A stretch of 50,279 bases of DNA, counting the filler, from Jimgerdemannia flammicorona (Eukaryota), in NCBI GenBank assembly GCA_003990765.1. It is 2 parts of 2 records of this genome, joined end to end, with 100 filler letters (N's around TTAATTAATTAA, not from the genome) between each part and the next. Parts side by side here need not be neighbours in the genome. Positions count along the whole stretch, not along the records: positions 1 to 25,096 come from RBNJ01000884.1; 1 more part is not named here. One strand, 5' to 3'. A program made the translations under genes and the position numbers. The first letter of the stretch is position 1. Each line of letters opens with the position of its first letter. Below the pieces are notes generated by a model. The model had not been told where the DNA came from, did not search any database, and saw nothing but the letters and a program-made list of their open reading frames with translations. This document shows, piece by piece, positions 1 to 12,261 of this stretch.

Positions 1-400
1 TGAGACCAAAGGCCATGACTAGAAACTCATAGAGTCCAAAGGGTGTCATGAAGGCAGTCTTGGGTATGTCTTCTGGCTTGATTCGAATTTGGTGATACCC
101 AGAGGTGAGATCAATCTTGGTGAAGTACTTTGCATTCTTGAGAGCATCAAAGATTTGATCTATGAGTGGTAGCAGATAGTAGTTCTTGACAGTGATCTTG
201 TTGAGTGCTCAGTAGTCTATGCACATTCGCAGAGTATCATCCTTTTTCTTGACAAATAGAACTGGAGAGCCAAAGGGTGACTTGCTTGGCTGAATGGCTC
301 CTCGTTCAATGAGTTCATTGAGTTCCTTCTTAACTGCTTCAATTTCGAGTGGAGATATGCAGTACATTTTCTTCTTAGGTATAGCTGCATCAGGTACCAA
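1..400 (-). CDS. Reverse transcriptase N-terminal part, family A
   Basis: [60 protein letters not shown]. Confidence 0.95.
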
Positions 401-529
401 CTTGATTTCGTGCTCATGGTCTCTTGAAGGTGGTAGACCAGGTAGTTTGTCTGGGAAGACATCCTTGTACTTATTCAGCAGTAACTTGACGCTTTCATCA
501 ATTGATAGCTCCTTGTCTTCTTTCTTTGG

Positions 530-991
530 TCAGATTAGTGCCACAAAGGCACAGGTAGCTTTCTTGAGGGCTTTCTTGAACTGGATTGCTGAAAGGGTAG
601 CAATTGGGGTTCTCGTCTGAGTCTTGTCTGGCTTGATAGTAATGTTGACTCCATCTTGAATCAAGGTAACTTCATTCTTGGTCCAATCAATCTGAGGGTT
701 GTGCCATGTAAGCCAGGGTTTGTCTAGGATCAGGTCATGGTCTCCTAGTGGTGCTACCTTGAAATCTAAATGTTCCCAGTACTTCTGGATCTTGAGGGGA
801 AGTTTAGTGGCAATTGAGTCAATTGGTAAGGTGGTGCCATCTGCAGTGACAACTCCACCATTCTTGCCGGCTGGTTTGGTGAGAATCTTGAGTTTGTCGA
901 TGAGGTTCTTGTTGATGAAGTTCCCAACAGCTCCGCTGTCTATGAGAACATCTAGTTCTTGTCCCTTGACTAGACCTTTGAAAATGAGCAT
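530..991 (-). CDS. Retropepsin aspartic protease, family A
   Basis: VLIDSGAVGNFI and HDLILDKPWL..HNPQIDW. Confidence 0.95.
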   Translation of the reverse strand: MLIFKGLVKGQELDVLIDSGAVGNFINKNLIDKLKILTKPAGKNGGVVTADGTTLPIDSIATKLPLKIQKYWEHLDFKVAPLGDHDLILDKPWLTWHNPQIDWTKNEVTLIQDGVNITIKPDKTQTRTPIATLSAIQFKKALKKATCAFVALI

Positions 992-1023
992 TGAATTGGC
1001 TCGGTTCTCAGCTATGCTTGCAA

Positions 1024-1440
1024 CTTTGTCAGTGCTGCCAAAGCCTTTCTGATCTCACTTAGTAGAAGACAGCTTGGTGACTTCTTTGACAACTGGTAGG
1101 GTGGCTCGCTCCAGGATGAGCTGTGCAATTCTATCTCTTTCATTGACGGTATATGGCTGGTTCTTGTGATTGACTAGCAGAACTTGCATTTCACCTCGGA
1201 AGTCAGGGTTTATGACTCCAGCACCAACATCCAATGAGTGCTTGAAGCTGAGGCCAGATCTTGGTGCAATTCTTGCATAATGTTCCTTGGGGATTTCGAC
1301 TGAAAGGCCAGTTGGAATGAGCCTTCTTTCATGTGCCGGAATAGTGACTTGTTGTACTGCTTGAAGGTCCAAACCAATGGCTCCTTCTGACTGTGCTTAA
1401 GGGATCTGGGCCTTGGGGTTGACTCGCATGAAATTGAGTA
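1024..1440 (-). CDS. dut: dUTPase domain, family A (between NC and protease)
   Basis: Motifs AIGLDL, IAPRSGL, AGVINPDFRGE, DRIAQL, and (R>*)DQKGFGST. Confidence 0.96.
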
Positions 1441-2350
1441 CAACTTCTTGTTCGACTGGTTGACCTTGAGTGTCTTTGGACAGGACCAGGATCCTCTTTG
1501 GTTCCGCGGTTTTCTTGGGACATTTGGTTGCAATGTGACCAGGCTGATGGCCATAGAAGCAGGCTCCAGCCTTCTTGAGGCACTCCTTTTCCTCAGGTGT
1601 AAGTTTGCCTTTCTTGCTCTTGTCAATGGTGTCTAGGTCCATGGGGGCAGGTCCAACAGTTCTGACTTTGGGTTCCTCCCTTCTGTGGTTGTTGTTGTTG
1701 TTGAAAGGCAGTCTCTTCTGTTCAAAGCGGTGGCCATAGGTAATGACATCAAACCTATTAGCAATTTTCATTGCTGTGTCTAGGTCCTTGGGTTCTTCTA
1801 GTTCGACATGAACTCGGGTTTGGCCTTTCAAACCTCGGATGTACTTGTCAACCTTCTTGTCTTCAGTGACATGTGGTAATTCTAGCAGAATTAACAGGAA
1901 TTGTGCATTGTATGCTTGTACAGACTTGAGTTGTTTGATGTTTGCCAGACGGTCTCGTGCAGCCTTGGTGCTGTTGACTGGTTTGAATTGGCCTTGAATA
2001 GCATTAGAGAATTCACCCCAGGTCTTGATTCGGCCAGAGAATCTGGTATTCTGGACATGATTTCGCCACCAGATTGCAGCATTCCCTCGGAGGAGTGTGG
2101 CGGCAAATTGGACTAGTGTTGTTTCTTCCAAATTGGTCAGTTTTCCATATTGCTCCAATTGGAAAAGCCAGGCATTGATAGACAGTCCTCCTCTTTGATC
2201 ATCAAAGGTGTCAGGCTTCTGGGGCTTGATAATGACTACTGTCGGATATATTGATGTCGGTGGAGGTGCGGAGGTATGAGCAGAGGCCTTGCTTTCCTTT
2301 CTTTCTATGTGTTCTTGAAGTTGGGCGATCTGAGCAAATGCAGTTTGCAA
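1397..2350 (-). CDS. gag: Gag (retrotransposon capsid + CCHC zinc knuckle), family A
   Basis: PQKPDTF..WLFQLEQY, A..WW, Q..SV..Y, PAPMDLD, and knuckle GACFYGHQPGHIATKCP. Confidence 0.93.
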   Translation of the reverse strand: MQTAFAQIAQLQEHIERKESKASAHTSAPPPTSIYPTVVIIKPQKPDTFDDQRGGLSINAWLFQLEQYGKLTNLEETTLVQFAATLLRGNAAIWWRNHVQNTRFSGRIKTWGEFSNAIQGQFKPVNSTKAARDRLANIKQLKSVQAYNAQFLLILLELPHVTEDKKVDKYIRGLKGQTRVHVELEEPKDLDTAMKIANRFDVITYGHRFEQKRLPFNNNNNHRREEPKVRTVGPAPMDLDTIDKSKKGKLTPEEKECLKKAGACFYGHQPGHIATKCPKKTAEPKRILVLSKDTQGQPVEQEVVLNFMRVNPKAQIP

Positions 2351-2530
2351 AAGACTCTTGATGGACCTGGTTGACTGGGTGGGGATTGGCTGTTCCTCTT
2401 CTTCTTCTTGCTGATGGTAAGAGGCATTGCCTGGACCATAGGCATTATATGAAGGGTTCTACCCATTGTCCTCCATAGTGTTGTGACTGATATCTTGAGA
2501 GGTGTCTTGATAAGGCTAGGTGTAACTTCA

Positions 2531-2542
2531 CCACTACTACCA
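2531..2542 (-). promoter_or_regulatory. Primer-binding site of A (TGGTAG-type, tRNA-Met-like, decayed)
   Basis: Minus strand TGGTAGTAGTGG, 2 nt from the LTR end. Confidence 0.65.
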
Positions 2543-2544
2543 AG

Positions 2545-2947
2545 TATAACAGTTCTAGTTTCTAAATAAGGAAGCAACTAATTCTGGTGGTCTTAAGTAG
2601 CTCGAAGAGATACTAAGGATTCAAGTGTTCTTAAAGGATTTCTGGGAGAAAATATTCTGAGACTTTATTCATGAGAACAAAGGAGTTATTTATACAAGAT
2701 CTGAAAGAAGGATCCGGAAGGATCTGAGAAATCAAAGGAAAATGCCAAGAGGAAAGTTCTCGGCAAAGATGACAAATGATGACAAATAAAGTTCTACAAG
2801 TTTCCAGGATATTCCGTGACTAACTAAATAAATACTAGTTAATGCTCGGCGCCAAGAAAGGATTTCTAAGCATTCGGAAAGTACCAGAAGGTCGTAGAAT
2901 ATTGGAGAAAGACAAAGAAAAGGAATAAACTACGCTAAAATGTTACA
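2545..2947 (-). repeat. 5' LTR of family A (~403 bp)
   Basis: Inverted ends tataaca(decayed tgtaaca)...tgttaca. It adjoins the PBS, and sequence after 2947 aligns to family B. Confidence 0.8.
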
Positions 2948-5294
2948 AGCTATCTAGATCATTACTAAATGATTTCTAGACACTCCCTAGTGGCCTATTG
3001 ATAGACTATCTAACCTTAGCATTATTATAGCAGATAGAGTCTGAACTCAACCTCTTGGAGAAGTATAAAATATTATTATCTCATATAGACATTCAGTTCT
3101 CTATTCCAAAAGCTATTATTACCAAAACTGTTATCTATGATATAATTCTTGACACCAACTAGATGATGTAAATGAATGCAGTTATTGATATTGGCCAACA
3201 GATGCTCAAATTCTACTATAGAGAAAAGAAGTACAGAATTAAGATGATTAGTTAGAGCAATTAAAGAAGAAGAAGAAGATAACTATCTAGAAAGAATATA
3301 TCAGTAGTAAAGAATCTACTATAGAGAAAGAAGAAGAATCTAAAGATAGAAATGATCTCAGACTCAATCTACAAATTAACCTAGTAGATAATTGGCCAGA
3401 AGATAATATATGAGCTAAAGATACTATCTCTATTACAATAAGAGCTATTGCAGAATAAGCCAGAGAATGCTCCATCTGTCTCAAAAGATACAAGTACTCA
3501 GAACATTTCTACAAGATCATTGGAATGAGGAATTCACCTGATACAGTCTGCCCTGAGTATAGAAAAAGAAAGAAGAAATACAACTACTCTCTAAAGATAC
3601 CTATAACTGAAGCTGCAGAAGTATAAGCAATCTGGGATCAAGAAACATCTGATAAAGAAACCCCTAAACAAGAAGTTTCTGAACAGTAGGAACTCTCTGA
3701 ACTTATTCTCTAAGATAACTCCTGCTGGACACAATGACTTCTGGAATACTGAAGAAGAACTAAGTACAGTTACAATTGCTCCAAGATGAGAAATACATCA
3801 GAAAAAAGCCTTTTAGCTAGAAAGATATCAGCATCAAAAGATCTTTTACTCTCTTTAAGACTACTGCTATCAGTGCTACTTATTGGATCAATAAGAAGAT
3901 AAAGATACTGGAGACCTTTTACTAATAATATTTAGATGATACAAGACTCAGATAATACTTTCTGCAATATTTTTAGTGATAAGGGACTAGCAACATAGAT
4001 AGTAATGAGCATTCTGGTGAGTGTGTTGGCCAGGGGGGCCATAGTGCCTTCAACTGGCAGCATGTCGGAAGAAGGTGAGGAGATGGTTTGGAGATGCCAG
4101 AGCTCTCTATGGTTAGCCATAGTGTTGATAGAGGTAGAATTTGCTATCACACTGTGCTTCCAAGGCATGGCAGTAACTGTGAGAATGATTTTGGGACTAG
4201 TAGCATAAGGGTAAAGGAGGTAGCTTCAGTGAAGTTTCTGAGGGGAAAAGAAGGGGTCAAGGTTGGATTCAAGGAAGAGACAGTGATGTTGGAGGCTGTA
4301 GAGAGAGGGGTAGTAGTGGGTGGAGTAGTGATTTCTATGATCAGGTGCATGTACTGGGACCCTTGAGTGGTACAGTTGACAGTGTTAGATCTTCCTATAG
4401 TATTGAGGGAAAGGGCCAGGGAGCTGATTGTGGAGGTGGTCAAGGAATATGAGAAGATTGTAGACATCAGGTTCCAAGTCTGAGAGGGTACCGAACTCTG
4501 GACTAGAGACATTGATGTCAAGGTAAGGCTAGCTGAGAGGGAGAATACAGGAAAAATGAGGGACTGGTCAGTGACTCTTAAGTGGGGACCAGTTAAATGC
4601 AAGGTCTCATGGGTGAAAGAGATTCCAGAGGAAGAGAAGGACTTGCTGGAGGCTCTTGAGGACTTAGTAGGAGCAGTGGAAAGGAAGGGAGTGGCTTAGA
4701 AGGAGTATGAAGCCAAGACAGTAGTGGAGATTGTAGATGGAAAGAGAATCAGAATAGACCAAGTGGCCTGGAAGAAGGTGCAGGGGAGGCAAATCCAGAA
4801 GGAGCTGTTGGAGAAGTTGGGAGAGAGTGTGGCAAGCAGCAGTACAGGAGAAGGTGGTGCTGGACTGATGGAGAGTGCCTGGGCTAGAGAGTGCAGGATG
4901 GCTCAGGATGTGGCCCAGGGTGGATTGAGTGAGGAGAGACTGGGCAGAGTGGTGAAGAATATAGAAATGGGTGAGGAAGTACACCCTCAGTATGGTGTCC
5001 CAGCCAGGGTAGGTAGTGAGAAGGAACTACTGGGTGTACTGGAGGAGGAGTGGGATGAGTCAGAGAGGAGGAGCACTTTGGTGGACTCTGTGGTGGGGGT
5101 TGAAGGAGTCACCCAGGATGTTACTGAGACAGTGGATAAAGAGATGTAACTGTGGAAGACTCTGGAGGGGGTGGTGGCTGAGGAGCTGGAGGGAGAGAAC
5201 TTCCAGGTTCTAAGTGATAGATATTGGAAGGAAATTCTTCATAGTGAGGAGGTGCCAAGAAAGATTAGGAATGAGATCCTGGCAGTACTCTTGG

Positions 5295-5359
5295 TTTTTT
5301 TATTTTTTTTATTTTTTATAGTCACTTGGACTTCTTCCTTTATTAATACACCTGTCTAT
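5295..5359 (-). mobile_element. 65-bp 5'-truncated LINE 3' tail inserted antisense into LINE copy 1
   Basis: Reverse complement ...aataaaggaagaagtccaagtgactataaaaaataaaa matches the LINE 3' end (50257-50279). Perfect 16-bp TSD ctggcagtactcttgg at 5279-5294 and 5360-5375. Confidence 0.92.
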
Positions 5360-5675
5360 CTGGCAGTACTCTTGGAGTTAGTAGAATATCAAGTTGATGA
5401 TCAGGGAGAGGAGATCCTTTGAGGGGTTGTGAATGACTGAGCAGCATACTTATAGGGGTTAAGAAAGGGATTGGAGAAGTAGAGAGTGGTATACATAAAT
5501 TATCAGGCAGAAATGGAGATTGTGGATAGAATGGAGTGTTAGGAAATCTTGAAAGCACTGGATGCTCAGGCTGTAGTGGAAGATGAGTTGGAAGTGGAGT
5601 GGTACTTAGATCTGGCTGGTGACAGAATGAGTATGAAATACTAGACTGGGCTCTCAATATCAAATATTATTCAAT

Positions 5676-8600
5676 ATGAACAGTACAACTAGAATCTTTT
5701 CTTTGAATATTAATGGATTGAGGGATATAGTACAGTAAAGGAATATCTTTGGCTGGTTGAAGGAGCTGGATGTAGATCTCTTCTTACTGCAGGATATATA
5801 GTATGAGGTGGAAATAGATTTACAGAACTGGACTAGGGAATAGGGTGGGGCTGCAGTGTGAACTGGGTGGGTGGAAATTCTGGTTCAAAAGGGGGTGGGA
5901 GATATTGGAGATATTAGACATTGGGGGAGTAAGTTGGTATGGGGAGTATGGAAGAGGCTGGAGTGGAACCTATTGACTGTCAGGTCATGCTATTGCCCAG
6001 CTAAAAGGGGGAAATATATAGATTGGATCAGAGACTTGCAAGAGGCTAGTGTTATAGGTAAGGCAGAGATCAATTGTCTGGGGGGTAATTTTAATATGGT
6101 ATATGATAGGGGGGTAGACAGGACTGATGGCAGGAGAGAATAGGGGGCAGAAGTGATGGGCTAGAGGATTGGATGGAGATTGAGAGACTAAGCTCCTTGG
6201 TTGACTCAGGGTGACAGTTTTAGATAGAATGCCAAATTTATACTTACTGGGTGGCAGGACTGGGCTCCAGGATAGACTGGGTATTGATGACAGAGTGCTG
6301 GAGAGTGAATGTCTGAGATATGTTAGAGGTGGTCTGGTGCCTATAGTTGGATTACTGGGGTTTGATAGGGAGTGGGAGATTTGGGGGAAGTGGAGATGGG
6401 CCTGGATATTGGTGACTGAATTCTTCTTTGTTGGAGAATAGTTCTTTGTAGATAGATTGGGAGGTGAAAGCTATTGAGAAGATTGGTAGATAGAGGAAGC
6501 AGGAACTGGTGATTGGAGATCACTGGCAGTGGCTGAAATTGAGTGCTCAGAGATACTAGAGGGAGGCAGAGAAAGGAAGGAGTGCTCAGCAGTGACAGCA
6601 AGTACAATGGGCTTTACAACAATTAGTGGTACTTTTAGGGAGGTAGGCAGGGTTATTGGAGGATTGGGGTGTGGCAGATTGGTAGATTCAGCAGATACAA
6701 AAGGAAGTAGATGAGCTAAAGGAAGTGCTACAATTAGAGAAAGAGATTGAGCTAAAGGGGATGGTGGTGAGGTTGCAGTGGCAGGGGTTGGAGGAGGAGG
6801 AGAGATCCACTAGATTTCTCTCATGGTTACTCTAAGCTCAGAGAACAAGACAGCAGTAGGATGGTGTTTTGGATGAGGATGGGGAGATAGTGACAGAGAC
6901 TCTAATAATTTTGGGATTGCTGAGAACTCACTGGGGTAATTTATAGAGTAAGGAAGAGGGGGGTGCAAATGTCCTGAATATTGAGCAGCAGTTGGAGGAT
7001 TGGCATCCAGACCTGGTACTGGGCCTGGGGATACTGGGAGACTCAGTGCTGGGGAAGGATGTGTGCAAGGTCTTGGCTATAACAAGTAAGGAGATGGCTC
7101 CAGGAGAGGATGGGCTACCTTGGGATTTTTGGAAGAAGATGGCTGGGGTGAAGGTGGTACTGAAGGAGATAATAGTAATGTGTAATGAGATCCTTTGATC
7201 TGGAACTTGGATTGGGGGACAGTGCCTAGGGCTGGTCTCCCTGATCTATAAGGATAAGGGGAGAAGAGAAGATTAGAAGAACTGGTAACCAATTATACTC
7301 CTTGACATAGACTGCAAGCTAGTGACAAAGATCTTGGTGACTAGGCTGCAGGAGATCACTCAGCAGGTACTGGGAGTAGAGTAGAGGGGATTTGTCAGTG
7401 GGTGGTTAATCTGAGATAGAACTGCCTGAGTCCATGGAGTGATTGAAGGGGCTTAGGTGGCTGGGGTTGATGGCTGATTAGTATTTCTGGATCAGGAGAA
7501 GGCATATGATAGAGTGAGGAGGATCTGGCTGAAGGGGGTTCTGAAAAATGTGAGAGTTCCCCTGGAGTTCCAGAGGTCATTGATCAGCCTATTGGAGAAC
7601 AGCCAAGCAGTCTTAGTAGTGAATAGATATAGGAGAGAGATTTTTCCACTTAGTCGAGGGGTGCTACAAGGGGATCCTTTATTACCATTCTTTATGCCCT
7701 TTTCTTAGAGCCCCTACTAGACAGGATCCAGCATAAGATTGGAGGTTTAGATATTTTGGGGATTAACTAGAAGATTGGGGCTTTTGCAGATAACATAGTA
7801 ATTAGACTGAGTTCATTAGAGGATATTGAATAATTAAGGAGGACAGTGGAATAGTATGAGAGGGGATCAGGTGCTTGACTCAACTAGCACAAATATAAAA
7901 CTCTGATACTAGGTGGTGAAATAGTGGGCAGCAATATGGTTGGAACAGTGGTTCTGGCAGAAGAACTGGTCTGATACTTGGGGATATACTTTTCAGTATA
8001 TGGGTATCTTCTGCCCCATATCTGGTAGAAATAGTAACTACTGGTATAGAGAAATGTTCTCTTGAGGTGGGGTGGTTAGTATATTTCCTTGGCAGGAAGG
8101 ATGATGGTGCTGAATGTGTATTGGCTGCCAAATCTATAGTATGTGGGGTATCATCTGGACTTCCCAGTATGGATGGTCAGGTGACTTTTGAAGATGGCAA
8201 GATTGTAGATTTGGGCTGAACAGCAAAGTCAGATAGGCTGAGAGATTCTGACTCTACCTGGTGACAGAAGTGGACTGGGTCTTGTTGACTTTACCAAGCA
8301 ACTTTATTGCCTATGAGCATAGTGGCTGAAGAGGGCAAGTGAGTTGAGGGGCCAGAAGTGAGTACCACTCATACAGAGGGTGTGGAAAGTCTGGTATTCC
8401 CCTCGAGGAGCATCTAGTGATCTGCTGGCACTGGTGGCCTTGGAAGGGAGTGGGAGGATATACTATAAAGGCTTTTGGTGGAGAGTGGTGGATAGTGTAA
8501 GGAGGATTGGACTTTGGTGGCAGGAAGATAAGAGAGAGGAGGACTGGAGACTATAGATGTAGAGATAGAACCATCTACTACTTGGAGGTACATTGGTGGA

Positions 8601-9370
8601 GGATTTTCAGCTCAGCAATGAAATTAAATATTTATAGGGGCTTGGTGGGGACTTGTGGCCTGAAGCTGGCAAAGAGTGGGGATTGACAAAGAGTGGGACT
8701 GAAATAGTATCTGGCCTTGGAGCAAGCAGGTGATGCAGTGGCTTTCCTCCAAGTTCTGAGTAGTATGGTGGAGGTTCCTAAGGTGGAATGTGATACTGAA
8801 TTATCAGTCAGAGCACTTGGTGGCAGCTGGTACATTTGATTGTGAGGAATGTATGGATATTGGAGAGTGGTATAAATACCTAAATATTGGCTAGGGGAGT
8901 GTAAAGTTCTGGAGGAGTTTTGGTAAGATATTGCAAGCTGGTTAGGGCTGTAGATACTGGTGAGGGGGAGAAGGGGAGAGATGGGGAGACCTCTACTGAA
9001 GGTTATTGGGTGGGATTGGAGATGAATAGTTGACCTTAGAATGGGCTCTGGCTATTTAGGTAGAGCTAGCCAGACATTAGCTTTATGTCTTCGAGGATGG
9101 CCAGAAGATAGCAGTTGGGGCTAAGATAGTATATTGGGAATGGTTAATACTTGATATTTTAAATGGTTGGTGGAGAGGGTGGGGTCTGGATAGGGGGGGC
9201 CATCAGAGTCTGGTAGATATGTAGCATTTGTAAGAAGAGTGGAGAGAGTGTTTGAGTGGTAGGCAGCTGGATTATACTCTAGTGGGTAGAGATGAAGGGT
9301 GGAGAGAGAGATCTAAGAGGTATTGGTTGAGGGGTTGTGGGTATAATTGTATTATTATTTTATAGATTGA
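5676..9370 (+). pseudogene. LINE ORF2: apurinic-type endonuclease + RT + C-terminal Cys/His knuckle
   Basis: TTRIFSLNINGL, DLFLLQ, GGNFN, FLDQEKAYDRV, GVLQGDPL, AFADN, and a CEEC-initiated Cys cluster (H of HWLSKC retained in copy 3). Many stops and frameshifts. Confidence 0.88.
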
Positions 9371-11405
9371 GTAGTAATAAATAGAAGTCTGAGTGACTAT
9401 AACAAAAAAAATAAAAATAAAATAAAGACACTATAGACCAGGATCTCTAATTATAATTATACAGATAACTATCTTTCAAGAAACCACCATAATATTGAAA
9501 AGATGAGCCAATGGACAAAATCACTTTATCTGAACAGAAGTATAGCTCTTAGCCACTCTTCTACCAACTTATGATAAGAGTGAATATTAATTTTCAAGAT
9601 AGTAAAAAGTCAATAACTGAGAACTATATTTTCAAAAAATGAGATATATAATCATAGAAAACACTCAGATTGCTAAGACTGTCTACATCAGAAGATTTAC
9701 CTAAGCCAAGATATTATTATACATATACTGAAGAAATGAGATAACAGAGCTCAGATTCAAAGAAACTAGGCCAAGAAACCAAAGAAAAAGACTCTTAAGA
9801 TATATAATCTAGGAAATGACATCCTTATTCTCATCAGATATGAAACCTGTCAAGAATGGGTAAAAGGTATCATCAATTTCATAGAAGTCCTAGATCCTAT
9901 GGAAAAAAGAGAAATTAATTACCTCTGAGGCCTCTCTACTAGAGCCAGATAGCTGCATCTTAATCTTAAAGTCTGGATCCTCACATCTACTGAAGCCTCA
10001 GTAAAGGATAACCAAAACTCAGCAAAGATGTTGTCCAGTATATCTTGCTATATTTTAAGGCCAAACTCCTAACAAAATTTCATCAGAAAGATATGAGATA
10101 TAATCTTTATAGCTTTAGAGATGAATATATTAAGTCTGAAAGAATAATGATACTTTATATAGAACTAGTTGCAGCCATCCAAAGGAACTTATATCTAACT
10201 GATCTCAAGGTCTGGACTTACTAGATAAGGAATAACTATAGAAGAAAGAACAATAGACCCTAGATATATAGATGAAATTAAGATTATTCTAAATAATAGC
10301 AGTACAGAATGAAACTAAATCTACTAAAGGCCAAATATTGTACAAATAATCTTCATGAAGATCAAGACTCTTCAACTATAAGAGGTCTCTAAACTAACTC
10401 AAGTTATAAGTCAATCTGAAGGATTTGAAAGCTTAGATAAAAGAGAAGTATATCTCCTCTAGATTAACTATTTTAAGAAGAATACTTCATAATAAGTATA
10501 CTGTCAACCAGTCAAGCTATATAAGAACCTCATCCTAGAACTAGAAGAGTAGACTATCTTCAAAATCTTTATATCACCTGATTCTAGAAACCACTTCTTT
10601 GAACCCAATGAGAATATCAAGAATCTGGATATAAAAGAATATATATTTTCTGATAAGATAAACTCTGTGTACTCTTAAACAATTAACTGAAGCTAAGAAG
10701 CCTCATTCTACTAAAAGAAATCATTATAGGATATCTGATACTCTATCTCAATCAGATATATAGAGAAGTTTATAAACTAAACCTATTAAAAAATAGCAAA
10801 AGGTCTCAGAAGAAAGAAATGACCTTTCTGTAACTTAGGAGAAAAAGGTCTTCTACTAATTTTGAAGAAATATTGATCTTCCAGTAATAGTAATAACTTA
10901 TAGAATTCCTTCATGAAAACTGAAACATCTTTACTAATCATATTACTATAGTATAAATATAGAAAATACAATACCTATCTAGTAGAGATCTTATAGAATA
11001 CCCCATAATCTAAAGATATTTGAGAAGGAATATATTCAGGAACTCTTAGATAATGGAGTTATCTGACCCTCTACCAGCCTCTGGGTTAGCTCTATATATA
11101 TTATACCTAAGAAAGAAGAATAGAGACTCTGTGTAGACTATAGAAAGCTCAACTTAGAGATAGAAAAAGATGTCTACCTCTTATCCAAAATCAATGATCT
11201 TCTATATCAATTATAAGATACCAGATACTTCAGCAGTATGGATCTTTTACAGAATTTGATGAGATCTTCATAGATCCCAAAGATATCAAAAAATAGCTTT
11301 TCTTATTCTAGAAAAACTGTTTGAATATCTCTAAATACTCTTTGGACTCTATAATACACTCCTCACCTTTTAGAAAATGATGAACTCAGTCTATATCTTG
11401 CTGAT

Positions 11406-12260
11406 TATAATAAAACTATATACTGATAGAATTAATATATTTCAGATAATCAATCTGACTATTGGCTCTAAGTTCTGAGTCTTATGAGAAAACACTGAGT
11501 TCTAATTATCTATTATAGTAGAGTCTAGATATCACTTTTAGATTCTTGTACTGATGGAAGTACTATACTTATATCTTAAGTTAATTAGGCTCAGAATTAT
11601 TGAAAAGTCAGATCTGAAGATTCTGTAATAAGAATACTACTTTATTCTTATATTTAGAAAAAGTAGAGCTGAGGTTACAATATACTCAGTATAGAGAGTA
11701 TTTATATATATTTGGGGCTATGACTAAATATAATATATTGAATATATATATATATATACTATTTTGAGTAACTATGACTACTAGTAGAAATTTCTATAGA
11801 AATTTTCATGCAGAATTTCCAGAGGCTTATAAGTATATAATAATTTATTATATTCTTCTCTTCTTTACCAGAGCCTACTCATTAGACTTAGCACTAAACT
11901 CTAGATACTTATTAAACTGAAGGGCAGTATACTGGACTACTTAAAAAACAATATCACTCTATTATTCATTACTCAAACTAATAATGTTCTTGAGAATAAA
12001 TCATAAAGGAGATCAAGAACTTAGGGTTGAGTACAGATAAAACATAGAGTCTTTTGGCAACTATTTAGATATAATTATTAATAAAAAGGTAGACTTGTTA
12101 TTTAGCAGTACTGAGAGTAGCTTATTGACAGATAAGGTATTCTATCTTATAGTACTCCTTTAATTCTTATTAGTAGCAAAAAGCCTGAAAATATTAAATT
12201 TTTTCAAGATATTATTGGGCTTTATTTAGATCTGAGTCTCTAGAGATTCATATATTAACA
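11406..12260 (-). mobile_element. LTR retrotransposon family D, 3' end (LTR 11406-11852, PPT, accessory ORF remnant)
   Basis: LTR ends tataataaa...tttattata, minus-strand TATA and AATAAA, purine tract next to 11852. Matches 23049-23910. Confidence 0.8.
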
Positions 12261-12261
12261 G

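Larger units (their letters stand above)
1..2350 (-). pseudogene. Single-frame gag-dUTPase-protease-RT polyprotein broken by point-mutation stops
   Basis: ORFs 1397-2350, 1055-1372, 530-991 and 209-400 are all in frame, separated only by TAA/TGA stops consistent with CAA/CGA->T changes (e.g. RMCIDY*ALNK). Confidence 0.93.
1..2947 (-). mobile_element. Ty3/Gypsy LTR retrotransposon family A (chromovirus-like RT), 5' half; runs off the window start
   Basis: LTR, PBS, gag, dUTPase, protease and RT are in order on the minus strand. It sits in the protease region of older element B1. Confidence 0.95.
3917..9421 (+). mobile_element. L1/Tx1-like non-LTR retrotransposon, copy 1 (near full length, decayed)
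   Basis: ORF1 plus APE-RT ORF2 and an A-rich tail. Degenerate 18-bp TSD ataaagatactggagacc (3899-3916) / ataaagacactatagacc (9422-9439). Colinear with 44548-50279. Confidence 0.93.
2948..11405 (+). mobile_element. Ty3/Gypsy family B copy 1 (heavily decayed pol fragment: PR, Cys-rich insert, dUTPase, RT), interrupted by LINE copy 1 and cut by D1
   Basis: 2948-3916 and 9440-11405 are colinear with ~32215-35093. RT motifs RLCVDYRKLN and YFSSMDL; dUTPase remnant at ~10040-10435. Confidence 0.9.

Noticed and set aside
1373..1399. Programmed readthrough or frameshift at the gag stop
   Set aside because: The TAA falls inside the dUTPase N-terminus in the same frame and is best explained as CAA->TAA, like the other stops.
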